This document shows, piece after piece, positions 33,965-42,019 of a stretch of DNA of 42,216 nucleotides. A program made the translations under genes and the position numbers. Origin of the DNA: Caldilineales bacterium (GTDB lineage Bacteria > Chloroflexota > Anaerolineae > JAAEKA01); contig JAJTXO010000001.1 in assembly GCA_021463315.1 (NCBI GenBank), positions 1 to 42,216 on the forward strand. The letters are read 5' to 3'. Every line of letters starts with the position of its first letter. Within the stretch, counting starts at the first letter, position 1. Below the pieces are notes generated by a model, which saw only the letters and a program-made list of their open reading frames with translations, did not search any database and was not told the DNA's origin.

Positions 33965-34399
33965 TCATCCCACCACCCTCCGCACCGCCTCCAGCGCATC
34001 CTCGCCGTCGGTGTAGACCACCGGCTCCGGCCTGGACGCGAAGGGCCAGGCGCTGCGCGCCAGGTCGTTTACCCCGGACTGGTGGACGATGAAGGTGGCG
34101 CCGGCGCTGTGGGTCTGAACGAGGAACTCCTGCAGACGGGGGTCGTTCTGCAGCCGGCTCAAGCCTGTCGTCCCGCACGGGATGATCACCGAGGATGCAG
34201 TGTGCGCCAGCGGCAGCGCTTGCTCCAGCGCCAGATCGGGCACCAGCGTCAACCCATAGGCGCCGGAGGAGGGCTGGCCGGCCAGACTGACCAGCTTGAC
34301 CCGCAGTCCTGCCTTGCGGAACTCAGCCACGAAGAACGCTGCCAGCGCCTCGTCGAACCGATCGGCCCACAGTACAAAGGCGGTTTTCTCGTACGGCAT
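33965..34399 (-). CDS. DJ-1/PfpI-like (class I glutamine amidotransferase-like fold) protein, probably non-catalytic (144 aa)
   Basis: The pattern FVLWADRFDEALAAFFVAEFRKAGLRVKLVS...SSVIIPCGTTG...PRLQEFL...ATFIVHQSG resembles the DJ-1/PfpI strand-helix order, but the nucleophile-elbow Cys position is not conserved. The ATG at 34399 is preferred to the TTG at 34411. Confidence 0.5.
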   Translation of the reverse strand: MPYEKTAFVLWADRFDEALAAFFVAEFRKAGLRVKLVSLAGQPSSGAYGLTLVPDLALEQALPLAHTASSVIIPCGTTGLSRLQNDPRLQEFLVQTHSAGATFIVHQSGVNDLARSAWPFASRPEPVVYTDGEDALEAVRRVVG

Positions 34400-34481
34400 A
34401 GACCCTACCAAAAATGCTGGATAAATTACGAACTATAATTCACAGCTAGTATACACGAATTTTGCTCTCCTGCGCTCAACT

Positions 34482-34513
34482 TATCCTCAATCTATCCTCC
34501 AACAGATCTCCAA
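34482..34513 (-). promoter_or_regulatory. Three phased copies of a TATCCTC(C)AA-like motif (Shine-Dalgarno-like GGAGGAT on the mRNA strand)
   Basis: TATCCTCAA (34482-34490), TATCCTCCAA (34493-34502), GATCTCCAA (34505-34513). Spacing is 11 and 12 nt. They lie between the stop of 34545..35954 and the start of 33965..34399. Confidence 0.3.
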
Positions 34514-34544
34514 TCAGCGGGTGCTGCAGGGTCGACCAGCGTGC

Positions 34545-35954
34545 TTACCCTGGCCTGCGCTGTGCTTCGGCTGCCAGCCAACTGCGCGTCAGGTTGGAAA
34601 GGGCATACACTCTGTGGTTGAGATCGCCGCGGCTTTCGATCAGGTTCAGATCGACCAGCACACCCAGCGCCTGGCGCACCAGCCCGATGTCCAACTGGCA
34701 CATCCGCGCCAGGCTATCCGGTGCATTCCCCTGGGCATTGGCTGCAGCCATGGCGCGCAGCACGCTGCGCGCCGCCTGGTCCAGGCACTCCCAAGCCTGG
34801 CGATAGATATGCCCGTACATCTGCTGCATCGCAGCGCCGCAGTCCGTTGCCAGGTCGTCCAGAACCGCCGGCAGCGAATGAAGATGCAGTTGGCAAATGA
34901 CCACGCGCAGGGCCAACGGATTTCCGCCCACAGCCGCATACACGGCGCGCAAGCTATCGTCAGGCGCGTCCATCAGCTCCGGCAGGTTGCACATGGCTGC
35001 CTCCCTGCGCATCACTTGCAGCGCGGCAGCTTCAGCGAGCTCTGGCGCCCGCAGGTGATGAATGCCCGACCACCCATAGAAGCAGCGGCGCGAGATGAGA
35101 ACGAACCTGGATACGCCGGCCAGACGCTGCACCAGTGACAACAACTCATCGATGGGCGAGACCATCTCCAGATCGTCCAGCACCACGATGGCCGCGGCCC
35201 GGTTCAGATGAGCCTGCAGCGCTCGCACCCGCTCAGCTTCGTTCAGTCCGTTGTTGTTTTTCGGCAGCAATTGGGCGCTCAACTGCTCGATGAAGTCATC
35301 CACAGTCGGCATCGTGCCGGAACTTGGGCGAATCGAGGCGGGCGACGAGGACGAGGGACACCTCATAGAGATCCATACGATATTGCGAACCCGGCCAGTC
35401 GCGACGAGCGTCCGCAATGTAGCCGCCACCAGCGCGGTCTTGCCGGCGCCGCCTATGCCGTCCACTTGCACAATCATGGGGGGTTCAGGCGCAGTCAGGA
35501 CGCGCGTCAGATGATCGACCAGGTGCTCCACCCCTACCAGGCCTGCTTGACTTGACGGCGGCAGGCGGCTTGCCAGCAGGATACGACGCTGCTGCTGCGC
35601 GTCGCGCTCCATCTCCTGCACAATGGCTGTCAGCAACTCGATGGCGCGCTGCTGCTGGTTGTAGATGGTCGCCTGCACCACGTTGCGCTCGATGGCCAAC
35701 AGATAGACCGTCTTAGCGTCCAGGTAACGGGTGCGCAGCAAGGCTGCTTCGTCGGCGTAGCGTGCTTGCATAGCAGTCAGGGCCTTGTACAAGATCTGGT
35801 TGGTCGCTAAGCGCACATTGCCGGACGCGGATGCCAGCGCTTCCTGCACCAGCAACGTCTCGGTCAATGGGCTCCCCTGTCCGGCGCTCTTGTGCCAGAG
35901 GCCCAATGCCTTGCGGACTTGTTCAGTTGTCGGCAACGTGTCAAGTAGTGCCAT
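34545..35954 (-). CDS. NB-ARC/STAND-type P-loop NTPase with N-terminal helical (HTH-like) region (469 aa)
   Basis: Walker A VDGIGGAGKTALV. Walker B AAIVVLDDLE. NB-ARC-type GGNPLALRVV motif. Confidence 0.8.
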   Translation of the reverse strand: MALLDTLPTTEQVRKALGLWHKSAGQGSPLTETLLVQEALASASGNVRLATNQILYKALTAMQARYADEAALLRTRYLDAKTVYLLAIERNVVQATIYNQQQRAIELLTAIVQEMERDAQQQRRILLASRLPPSSQAGLVGVEHLVDHLTRVLTAPEPPMIVQVDGIGGAGKTALVAATLRTLVATGRVRNIVWISMRCPSSSSPASIRPSSGTMPTVDDFIEQLSAQLLPKNNNGLNEAERVRALQAHLNRAAAIVVLDDLEMVSPIDELLSLVQRLAGVSRFVLISRRCFYGWSGIHHLRAPELAEAAALQVMRREAAMCNLPELMDAPDDSLRAVYAAVGGNPLALRVVICQLHLHSLPAVLDDLATDCGAAMQQMYGHIYRQAWECLDQAARSVLRAMAAANAQGNAPDSLARMCQLDIGLVRQALGVLVDLNLIESRGDLNHRVYALSNLTRSWLAAEAQRRPG

Positions 35955-36030
35955 GGTCGTGTGCGTTCGAGTGAACGTGATCCTGAGCGAGCCGTGATCC
36001 CAGTTCCTGCCACAGCATACACCACCTGCC

Positions 36031-36074
36031 CTATCATCGTTCTATCATCTCCCTATCAACTTCCCATCATCTTG
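36031..36074 (-). promoter_or_regulatory. Four tandem degenerate 11-bp repeats (CTATCATC core) upstream of the NB-ARC gene
   Basis: CTATCATCGTT (36031-41), CTATCATCTCC (36042-52), CTATCAACTTC (36053-63), CCATCATCTTG (36064-74). The period is exactly 11 bp. They lie 77-120 nt upstream of the ATG at 35954. Confidence 0.4.
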
Positions 36075-36148
36075 CTGTGAGCGACAACCGCACCGCCGTC
36101 CGGCCCTCTCCCTGCCCCTTCCATCACGTTGCCATGTGGGCGCAATGG

Positions 36149-37072
36149 CTACGGCGCAGAATCTGCATCGATTGTTACTGCCATGTTGCCCAGCAGCGCC
36201 CACGAAGCGGTCAATGCGGACCAGGGGTAATGACGCTGCACCGCGCCCCAAGGATCGTCCAGCCAGACGCCCTGCTGGTCGTAGCCGACCACCAAAAAAG
36301 TGTGCTCGTAGGGCACGGCGCGCACAGTGACGCCGGCTGCACTCTGCCACTCCACTACCTGCTGTGGCTGCAGGCCATAGGTGGCCCAGATCATCACTGG
36401 CCTGCCACTGGCCAGTTGTTCCTTGATCCACGCCACGTCCTTGGCGCTATGGGCCAGGGCGGGGACGCCTAGCTGGCGCAATCCCCGAGCAATCGGCTCG
36501 GCATAGACGCCGTAGCCGGCCGGATAGAGACCGCCCACGGGATCGTTGATGCTGCTGCCGACGAAGCCCAGGTTAGGGTCTCCGCCCGAATCGACGCCCA
36601 CCACCTCAAAAAGCTGTTCCCAGGCAAAGGTCCAACCATAGTAGGAGGCCAGGTCGGTTGCTGAGCGAAACTCGCAGTTCAGATTGCGTTCCTGTCGACC
36701 GCGCGGCACGTCCAGCAGGATCTGTAGCGGCGAAGGGGGGGCGCTGAGTATGGCCAGTTCATCGGGCGAAGGCAGCGATTGCGCCGCAGGGATCAGCGCC
36801 TCTTTATCCAAGGGGGCTGCCTGTAACATCCCAGCGACTAGTTCTTCGCTGGGTGTCCCGGCGAACGGAGCATCTGCTTCCCACTGGGAGGCAACCGGCT
36901 GAGCCACTGGCAATGGCTGCTCTTCCGGCTGTGCGTCGGCTGCCCAACGCAGCGCCGCCCACGCCAAGAGAAGCACGACAGCGCTGACACATAACCAGAT
37001 GAGGCCAGCCAGAAAAAAGGGACGTTCCGTGCGTCGCAGCTTTTGCCAGCGAGTTGTCATAGAGCGGTTCAC
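36149..37072 (-). CDS. Membrane-anchored C39-like (papain-fold) cysteine peptidase family protein (307 aa)
   Basis: N-terminal anchor FFLAGLIWLCVSAVVLLLAWAAL. Candidate nucleophile in ERNLNCEFRSATDLASYYGW and His in PYEHTFLVVGYD. GTG start at 37072 with AGGA 7 nt upstream; the ATG at 37060 is an alternative. Confidence 0.65.
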   Translation of the reverse strand: MNRSMTTRWQKLRRTERPFFLAGLIWLCVSAVVLLLAWAALRWAADAQPEEQPLPVAQPVASQWEADAPFAGTPSEELVAGMLQAAPLDKEALIPAAQSLPSPDELAILSAPPSPLQILLDVPRGRQERNLNCEFRSATDLASYYGWTFAWEQLFEVVGVDSGGDPNLGFVGSSINDPVGGLYPAGYGVYAEPIARGLRQLGVPALAHSAKDVAWIKEQLASGRPVMIWATYGLQPQQVVEWQSAAGVTVRAVPYEHTFLVVGYDQQGVWLDDPWGAVQRHYPWSALTASWALLGNMAVTIDADSAP

Positions 37073-37089
37073 AGAATATCCTGACGCAC

Positions 37090-39249
37090 CTACAACACCC
37101 GGAACTCGACCTCGGTGTCAGGGCCGAAGCGCACACGCGCCGGGTTGCTCAAGCGCGTGGGCTGGCGCGCGTTCAACTGCTCGCCCATCACAAAGGTATG
37201 GTTGGTGCTATCCAGATCCTCGATGAAGAACTGGTTGCCGCTGACCGTGATCTGGGCATGGCTGCTCGACACTTTGCTGTCAGGCAGGATGAAATCGCCA
37301 TTCTTGCGGCCAATGACAAATGGGAACTTGTCGATGACCACCTCGCCCGTGGCGGGCGGGGAAGATGTCTTCAACACCGTCAGCCGCAGGCGCAGCGAGG
37401 GCGCCTCGCGCGGCGAAGGCTGGGTGTACGCGACCGGCGGACGGCGCAGCTCATCCTTCTGCTTTTGGGCGCGCTGATTTTGATAGACGCGATAGGCCAA
37501 AACGGCGATCACGAAGAAAAAGATCGCAACGAGCAGAAAGGGATTCTGGCGCAACGCGTGCGTCAGGCGCTGGAACAACGGTGGCTGCTTCGGGGCGCTG
37601 GGCGTGAAGGTGAAAATCTCCTGAGATTTCTTCCTGTCCCTGGTCTCCAACTCCAGCGACATAACATACTCGGACGGCGCCTGGTTCTTCTTCAACGCCA
37701 GCAGAGCGGGCGGCATAGGGATCTCCAGCTTGTTGACACCTTCGACCGCATAGATGCTGCTGCGCACAATGTCCTGCACCTTCTGGTTGGTCTCGCCTTC
37801 CACCAGATACCCCTGATAGAAGACGTCGCCGCACTGGACAGGCATTGCCAGGTCGAATACAAAGACGCCGCGCGCGTAGTCCGACGACATCGACTGGATG
37901 GCAAAAGCACAGCCCGGTGTCTCGGGTGGTTCGTGCTTGAACTCCTTGCAGGCCAGAAAGGTCTTGTCGCCCCTGGGGCAAGAGGTATTGTCGCTGCTCG
38001 CTTCCAGCACAAAGTCACTCGCGTCGACGGCCTTGATCTTGATGGTGTAGCTCCTGCCCGCCTGCAGATCCTCCGCGCTGAAGTCAGTCTGAAGCGCATC
38101 TCTCCCCTCAAGGTTGATCTGCAAATCGGTGACTACGTTCTTACCTCCGTCAGTCTCATCGACGTTGATAATCAGCCGGTCGATGGCTTGAGGATTGGCC
38201 AGCGAGAGGGCCAGTTGATACATGTTGTCCTGCGGCAGATAGCGTATCTGAGAAATGCTCATCGAGGCCGGCGGCAGCGGCGCGCTGTAGTCCTTGTCCG
38301 ACTCGAAGGTGAACATGGTGGTGAGGAAAGCGTCCACGTCCCGCGGTTTGACCGCCAGCACGGCCTGCCCCAGTCCCTGGCGGGGGTAGACCTGAGCGCG
38401 CGCCACCAACTGCGCGTTGAGGCCCTCCATGATCGCCTGGAACATCGCGCCCAGCTCGGTTTCGCCGCCGATGGCCGAAAAAGCATTCGTGGCATCGGCC
38501 AGGTTGCGCAGCTCCGAGCTGTTGATGTTGGCGCAGGTGGCCCCGCACAGGCCAATGGTATGCACGCTGGTAGCGGACTGGCGCTGCGCCTTCTCCACCA
38601 CGTCTTGCAGGGTGTGGATACTGCACGCATCGTTGCTCTCGGCGCTGCGCTGGTCACGGCCATCGGTGAAGAGAATGATCGCGCGGCGGTCTTGCGGCCG
38701 GGTGGCGTTCAGCTCCAGGCGATCGATGGCGTCCCAGATCGCGTCGTAGAGACAGGTGGCGCCCCCTGGCGTCACCTCCACCTGCTGGATGCGGTTGCTC
38801 GCCTCGGCCAGGTCGCCGGTGAAGTCGGTGATGATACGCCGGTCAGCGTCGAAGGCGATCACCGAGACGCGCGCGTTGGACGGCAGGCTGCGCAGGCCAG
38901 AGATGGCAGCCTTGCGCACCGGGTCGATGACGTTGGCCATGCTGCCGCTGGCGTCGATCAACAGAACCACGTAGATGTTGCTCTCCGGATCGCCCACGCT
39001 GGCCGGCACGGGCGCGCTGGCGCCGCCCAGCACCTGGATGGTGGCAGCCTCCAGGTTGGGGTCCAGAATCGGCCGCCCCTGCGCGTCGGTGACGACAAAG
39101 TAGACGTGCAGCCCTAGCGACTCCGCACCGGGCTCTGAAACCACACCCAGCACTTGAGGTCCGGGAGTAGTTTGAGCACTGGCCCTATGGAACCCCATCA
39201 GGAACAGCCCCAGCAGTACAGCGATTAGGACGAACAGCCTCTTGGTCAT
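37090..39249 (-). CDS. Secreted vWA domain - TM - cytoplasmic FHA domain membrane protein (719 aa)
   Basis: Start at the ATG at 39247-39249 (MTKRLFVLIAVLLGLFLMG signal). MIDAS DASGS (38941-38955) in VVLLIDASGSM. ILFTDGRD. TM FLLVAIFFFVIAVLAYRVY. C-terminal FHA pattern FVIGRKNGDFILPDSKVSSSHAQITVSGNQFFIEDLDSTNHTFVMG. Confidence 0.85.
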   Translation of the reverse strand: MTKRLFVLIAVLLGLFLMGFHRASAQTTPGPQVLGVVSEPGAESLGLHVYFVVTDAQGRPILDPNLEAATIQVLGGASAPVPASVGDPESNIYVVLLIDASGSMANVIDPVRKAAISGLRSLPSNARVSVIAFDADRRIITDFTGDLAEASNRIQQVEVTPGGATCLYDAIWDAIDRLELNATRPQDRRAIILFTDGRDQRSAESNDACSIHTLQDVVEKAQRQSATSVHTIGLCGATCANINSSELRNLADATNAFSAIGGETELGAMFQAIMEGLNAQLVARAQVYPRQGLGQAVLAVKPRDVDAFLTTMFTFESDKDYSAPLPPASMSISQIRYLPQDNMYQLALSLANPQAIDRLIINVDETDGGKNVVTDLQINLEGRDALQTDFSAEDLQAGRSYTIKIKAVDASDFVLEASSDNTSCPRGDKTFLACKEFKHEPPETPGCAFAIQSMSSDYARGVFVFDLAMPVQCGDVFYQGYLVEGETNQKVQDIVRSSIYAVEGVNKLEIPMPPALLALKKNQAPSEYVMSLELETRDRKKSQEIFTFTPSAPKQPPLFQRLTHALRQNPFLLVAIFFFVIAVLAYRVYQNQRAQKQKDELRRPPVAYTQPSPREAPSLRLRLTVLKTSSPPATGEVVIDKFPFVIGRKNGDFILPDSKVSSSHAQITVSGNQFFIEDLDSTNHTFVMGEQLNARQPTRLSNPARVRFGPDTEVEFRVL

Positions 39250-39347
39250 TGTGGACGATTCCCTTCTCTCAAGCTGTGTTCTTTTGCCTGGCAAGACCTA
39301 AGCCACTACTATTGCACCTGGGTTGTCGGGCATGGACGTCAGCGCTC

Positions 39348-39376
39348 ATTGTACATAGGGCAGGCCATGTCGGCAA
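39348..39376 (-). promoter_or_regulatory. Candidate sigma-70-type promoter for the vWA-FHA gene
   Basis: On the minus strand this reads TTGCCG (39371-39376), a 17-nt spacer, then TACAAT (39348-39353), about 100 nt upstream of the ATG at 39249. This is a sequence match only. Confidence 0.3.
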
Positions 39377-39625
39377 GGACAGCAGCTAAGAGATAAGCGT
39401 AGCGACCATTTCCAAGCCAGCCGCCGCGCCAGGCGGCGCCTGGCACTCCGATGGATCAATCAGCGGGATCGATCGGCCCACCCTCCAGTCCGCTCCGCTG
39501 CGCTTCGGGAGGCTGCGCACTCGTTGCACTCCTTCAGGCTACGCCCGGGGCTGCCGCAGGCGTGCGCAAAGACCGGCCGAGCGGCTAGGATAACACCCTT
39601 TGACGCTATTCTCAGGTTCGCCAGG

Positions 39626-40084
39626 TCACTGCCCCTCAGCTTGAACGATCGTCACAACAGCCTGGTGATCGACGACGGTGTAAACAAACGTGTAATAGCC
39701 AGGCTCCAGCTCCATCTTGCCGATAAGGTCGTTGGCAACCGTCGAACCAACGAAGCGCGTGCCGTCCTTGGTGATGAAGTTGTAGTTGCTGTATGCGCCA
39801 AACTGCGCCTTCAGGCGGCGGTAGGGCGTGGTTTCGCCGCGGGCAATGGCGCCGTAGGCGCGGCTGCCTGGCCCGCCAGCGCCGGAGCCGGCGCCCAGCC
39901 AAAAGGCTGTCATGTCCGTGTCCGTTGCGTTATGGATACGAATGTGGAGCTGTTCGTTGTTCATGGCAGTACAAGAGTTGAGCACGCAGAGAATCGCCAG
40001 CGCACACCAAAGCGCAGCGCGGCGGCGGACGAAGCCGACACGATGCGAGGCCTTCGCGAAGCAACGGGCGGCGCCTTCAGCCAT
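39626..40084 (-). CDS. Small secreted protein, probable lipoprotein (152 aa)
   Basis: The ATG at 40082-40084 overlaps the upstream stop by 8 nt (ATGGCTGA). Signal-like RRRAALWCALAILCVLNSC with a lipobox-like LNSC. The mature part is beta-rich. Confidence 0.55.
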   Translation of the reverse strand: MAEGAARCFAKASHRVGFVRRRAALWCALAILCVLNSCTAMNNEQLHIRIHNATDTDMTAFWLGAGSGAGGPGSRAYGAIARGETTPYRRLKAQFGAYSNYNFITKDGTRFVGSTVANDLIGKMELEPGYYTFVYTVVDHQAVVTIVQAEGQ

Positions 40085-40889
40085 CGTGCTCACCTGAGAG
40101 TTGCAGCAGATCCCGCACGATTTCGGCCAGGCGACCAGCAGATGCCGGGATCAGCCGCACGCGGCTGCCGGCCACAGGCACTGCCAGCCAGCCGGCATGC
40201 TCACCAGGCAGCGGGCCAGCCGGATCGGCGTACAGAACACGCACCCGTTTGGTGGTCTCGACTCGGCCATAGGTGACGGGCATGATCTGCACGCTGGCGC
40301 GCGCCTGGCCAGGCTGCAACGCCGCGACGAAGGCCGCAGCGCTGCTGGCCGGCACGCCCCATTGCCCCAGACGCCGCACCTGCGGGTCAGCCACCGCCTG
40401 GCGGGCTTGTTCGTTGGAGAGCTCGAACTCGATCCAAGGGGGAGATTGCGACGGCAATTGCATGGCCGAGGCCTGGCGCGCCAGCATGATATCGACCGAT
40501 CGCAGCGCTGTCACCTGGTAGTCCTGGCCGTCGAAGCAGGCCTCGACCACCGCAGCGGCCAGATAGTGGGTCACGCTCTGCCGGGACTGGCCCGGCCAGT
40601 CCAGATTGGTCACCAACACGCACTGAGGAGCAGCCATCACAGCGGCGGCCATGCCGAGTTGCTCGTTGAGGCGGTATTGCACCGTGCCAGGGACGTGATC
40701 CAGCCAGCGATCACGCTCCAGCTCAGCGCGGCCCCGCAGGAAGACTTCTTCCCAAGGCGTCCCATTGGTCGGAAACAACCCCTTGCTTTCCAGCCCCAGC
40801 AGAGTCCGCGCGCCGGCCAGCGACAGCAGCGCCGCCATTTCAGCCGGGGTAAAGGTGACCGGATAGTAAATCGAACGTGTTTCCGCCAT
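40077..40889 (-). CDS. Hypothetical protein downstream of the WXG100 fusion gene; possible EspG-like chaperone or immunity protein (270 aa)
   Basis: Start placed at the ATG at 40887-40889 with AGGAG 10 nt upstream. This removes the 41-nt overlap implied by the ORF track. Size and Ala/Leu/Gly-rich pattern are loosely EspG-like. No motif I can name. Confidence 0.55.
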   Translation of the reverse strand: MAETRSIYYPVTFTPAEMAALLSLAGARTLLGLESKGLFPTNGTPWEEVFLRGRAELERDRWLDHVPGTVQYRLNEQLGMAAAVMAAPQCVLVTNLDWPGQSRQSVTHYLAAAVVEACFDGQDYQVTALRSVDIMLARQASAMQLPSQSPPWIEFELSNEQARQAVADPQVRRLGQWGVPASSAAAFVAALQPGQARASVQIMPVTYGRVETTKRVRVLYADPAGPLPGEHAGWLAVPVAGSRVRLIPASAGRLAEIVRDLLQLSGEHDG

Positions 40890-40902
40890 GACAGGTGCGC
40901 TC

Positions 40903-41982
40903 CTAGAACAGGTCGTCGAACCAGTCAATGGCTTGCGAAACACCGCTCTTCACGTCCTCAGCCACGCCCAACAACACGCCGCCGGTGTTGGACAGGGCCG
41001 ATTCCACGAAGCCGCTGTCAAGCTGGCGCGTCCAGTACTGGATGCCGGCCTGCTGGCCGGTGAGCGGGCTGCTGGTGTCGCGCCCCTCGCGGCCCAGGTA
41101 GTCGTAGCCGGGTCCTTGGTTATGATAGTTGAAGAGATAGCCCGCGGCGTCATGCACCACGCCATGATAGCCCAGTGCGCTGTCGCCCAGGTCTATGGCT
41201 GCGTTGCCCGGCCCGACCAGGCCGCCGCTGGGGTTGAGCAACGCGCCGAACACCGGATCGACGCCCAACGCATCGCCCACCACCTTGCCGTAGCGCAGTT
41301 GCGTCGTGCTGCCCATGAAGCGATCATGCCAGGACTGGTTGACCGCGGCGATGGCTTCGTGGCCCTTGGCCGCGCCGATGCGCTCGGCCTCGCCGCGCAG
41401 CTCCAGGTAGCGCTCGTACTGCGCCTGCACGGCCTCGCGCGGCAGGCCTCTGGCCGCGGCGATCTGGTCCAGCGCCTGTTGCACCTGCTGAGGCGTGGGG
41501 TTGCCGGCCAGGGTCTCCATGGCGCTGTTGAGCTGCGCGCTGTCCGCGCCCTGCACCTGCAAGCCCACCAGCCCGTCCATGTAGGCAGGGGTGAAGATCT
41601 GGCTGGTGTCGATGGCTGTTGACGCTGAGCCTGCGGCAGGCCCCGCGGCGGCGCCGCCAGCCGCGCCGCCAGTCGCGCCGCCGCCCCGGAAAGGCCGCGC
41701 CGCCTCCTCTTCCGCCTGGCGGATGACGCGCGCGATGTCCAGCGTCACGGTGCGGGCCTGAGCCAGGGCCGCGGCCAGGCGCTGCATGGCCGGCAGCACC
41801 TCGCCGTCCATCTCAGCGAAGAACGCCGTGGAGCCGCGGCCCTGCCAGCCGTCTCCTTCTAACTGCCGCATGACCTGCCGCAGGCGCGCCAGCAATTCCT
41901 GATTGCTCTGCGCCTGACCGCCAAAACGGCTGGCCACGCTGGCCAGCGTGTCGTAGCGAGCTTGAATGATATCGTTACTCAT
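40903..41982 (-). CDS. WXG100 (ESAT-6-like) N-terminal domain fused via Gly/Ala linker to about 230-aa unknown C-terminal domain (359 aa)
   Basis: Helix-turn-helix with the W-x-G motif (LEGDGWQGRGSTAFFAEM). Linker GGGATGGAAGGAAAGPAAG. C-terminal domain with GYHGVVHDAAGYLFNYHNQGPGYDYLGREG. The ATG at 41982 is preceded by GAGGTGA. Confidence 0.8.
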   Translation of the reverse strand: MSNDIIQARYDTLASVASRFGGQAQSNQELLARLRQVMRQLEGDGWQGRGSTAFFAEMDGEVLPAMQRLAAALAQARTVTLDIARVIRQAEEEAARPFRGGGATGGAAGGAAAGPAAGSASTAIDTSQIFTPAYMDGLVGLQVQGADSAQLNSAMETLAGNPTPQQVQQALDQIAAARGLPREAVQAQYERYLELRGEAERIGAAKGHEAIAAVNQSWHDRFMGSTTQLRYGKVVGDALGVDPVFGALLNPSGGLVGPGNAAIDLGDSALGYHGVVHDAAGYLFNYHNQGPGYDYLGREGRDTSSPLTGQQAGIQYWTRQLDSGFVESALSNTGGVLLGVAEDVKSGVSQAIDWFDDLF

Positions 41983-42019
41983 AGTCACCTCACCATACTC
42001 GATTGCGCCACAACTTCCC

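Noticed and set aside
39295-39625. The 330-nt gap upstream of the vWA-FHA gene as an ncRNA or riboswitch (GC-rich segments, small GCCAGG/CCTGGC hairpin at 39429-39445).
   Set aside because: I could not recognise any known riboswitch or sRNA consensus. Only a promoter-like TTGCCG-17-TACAAT is worth listing, at low confidence.
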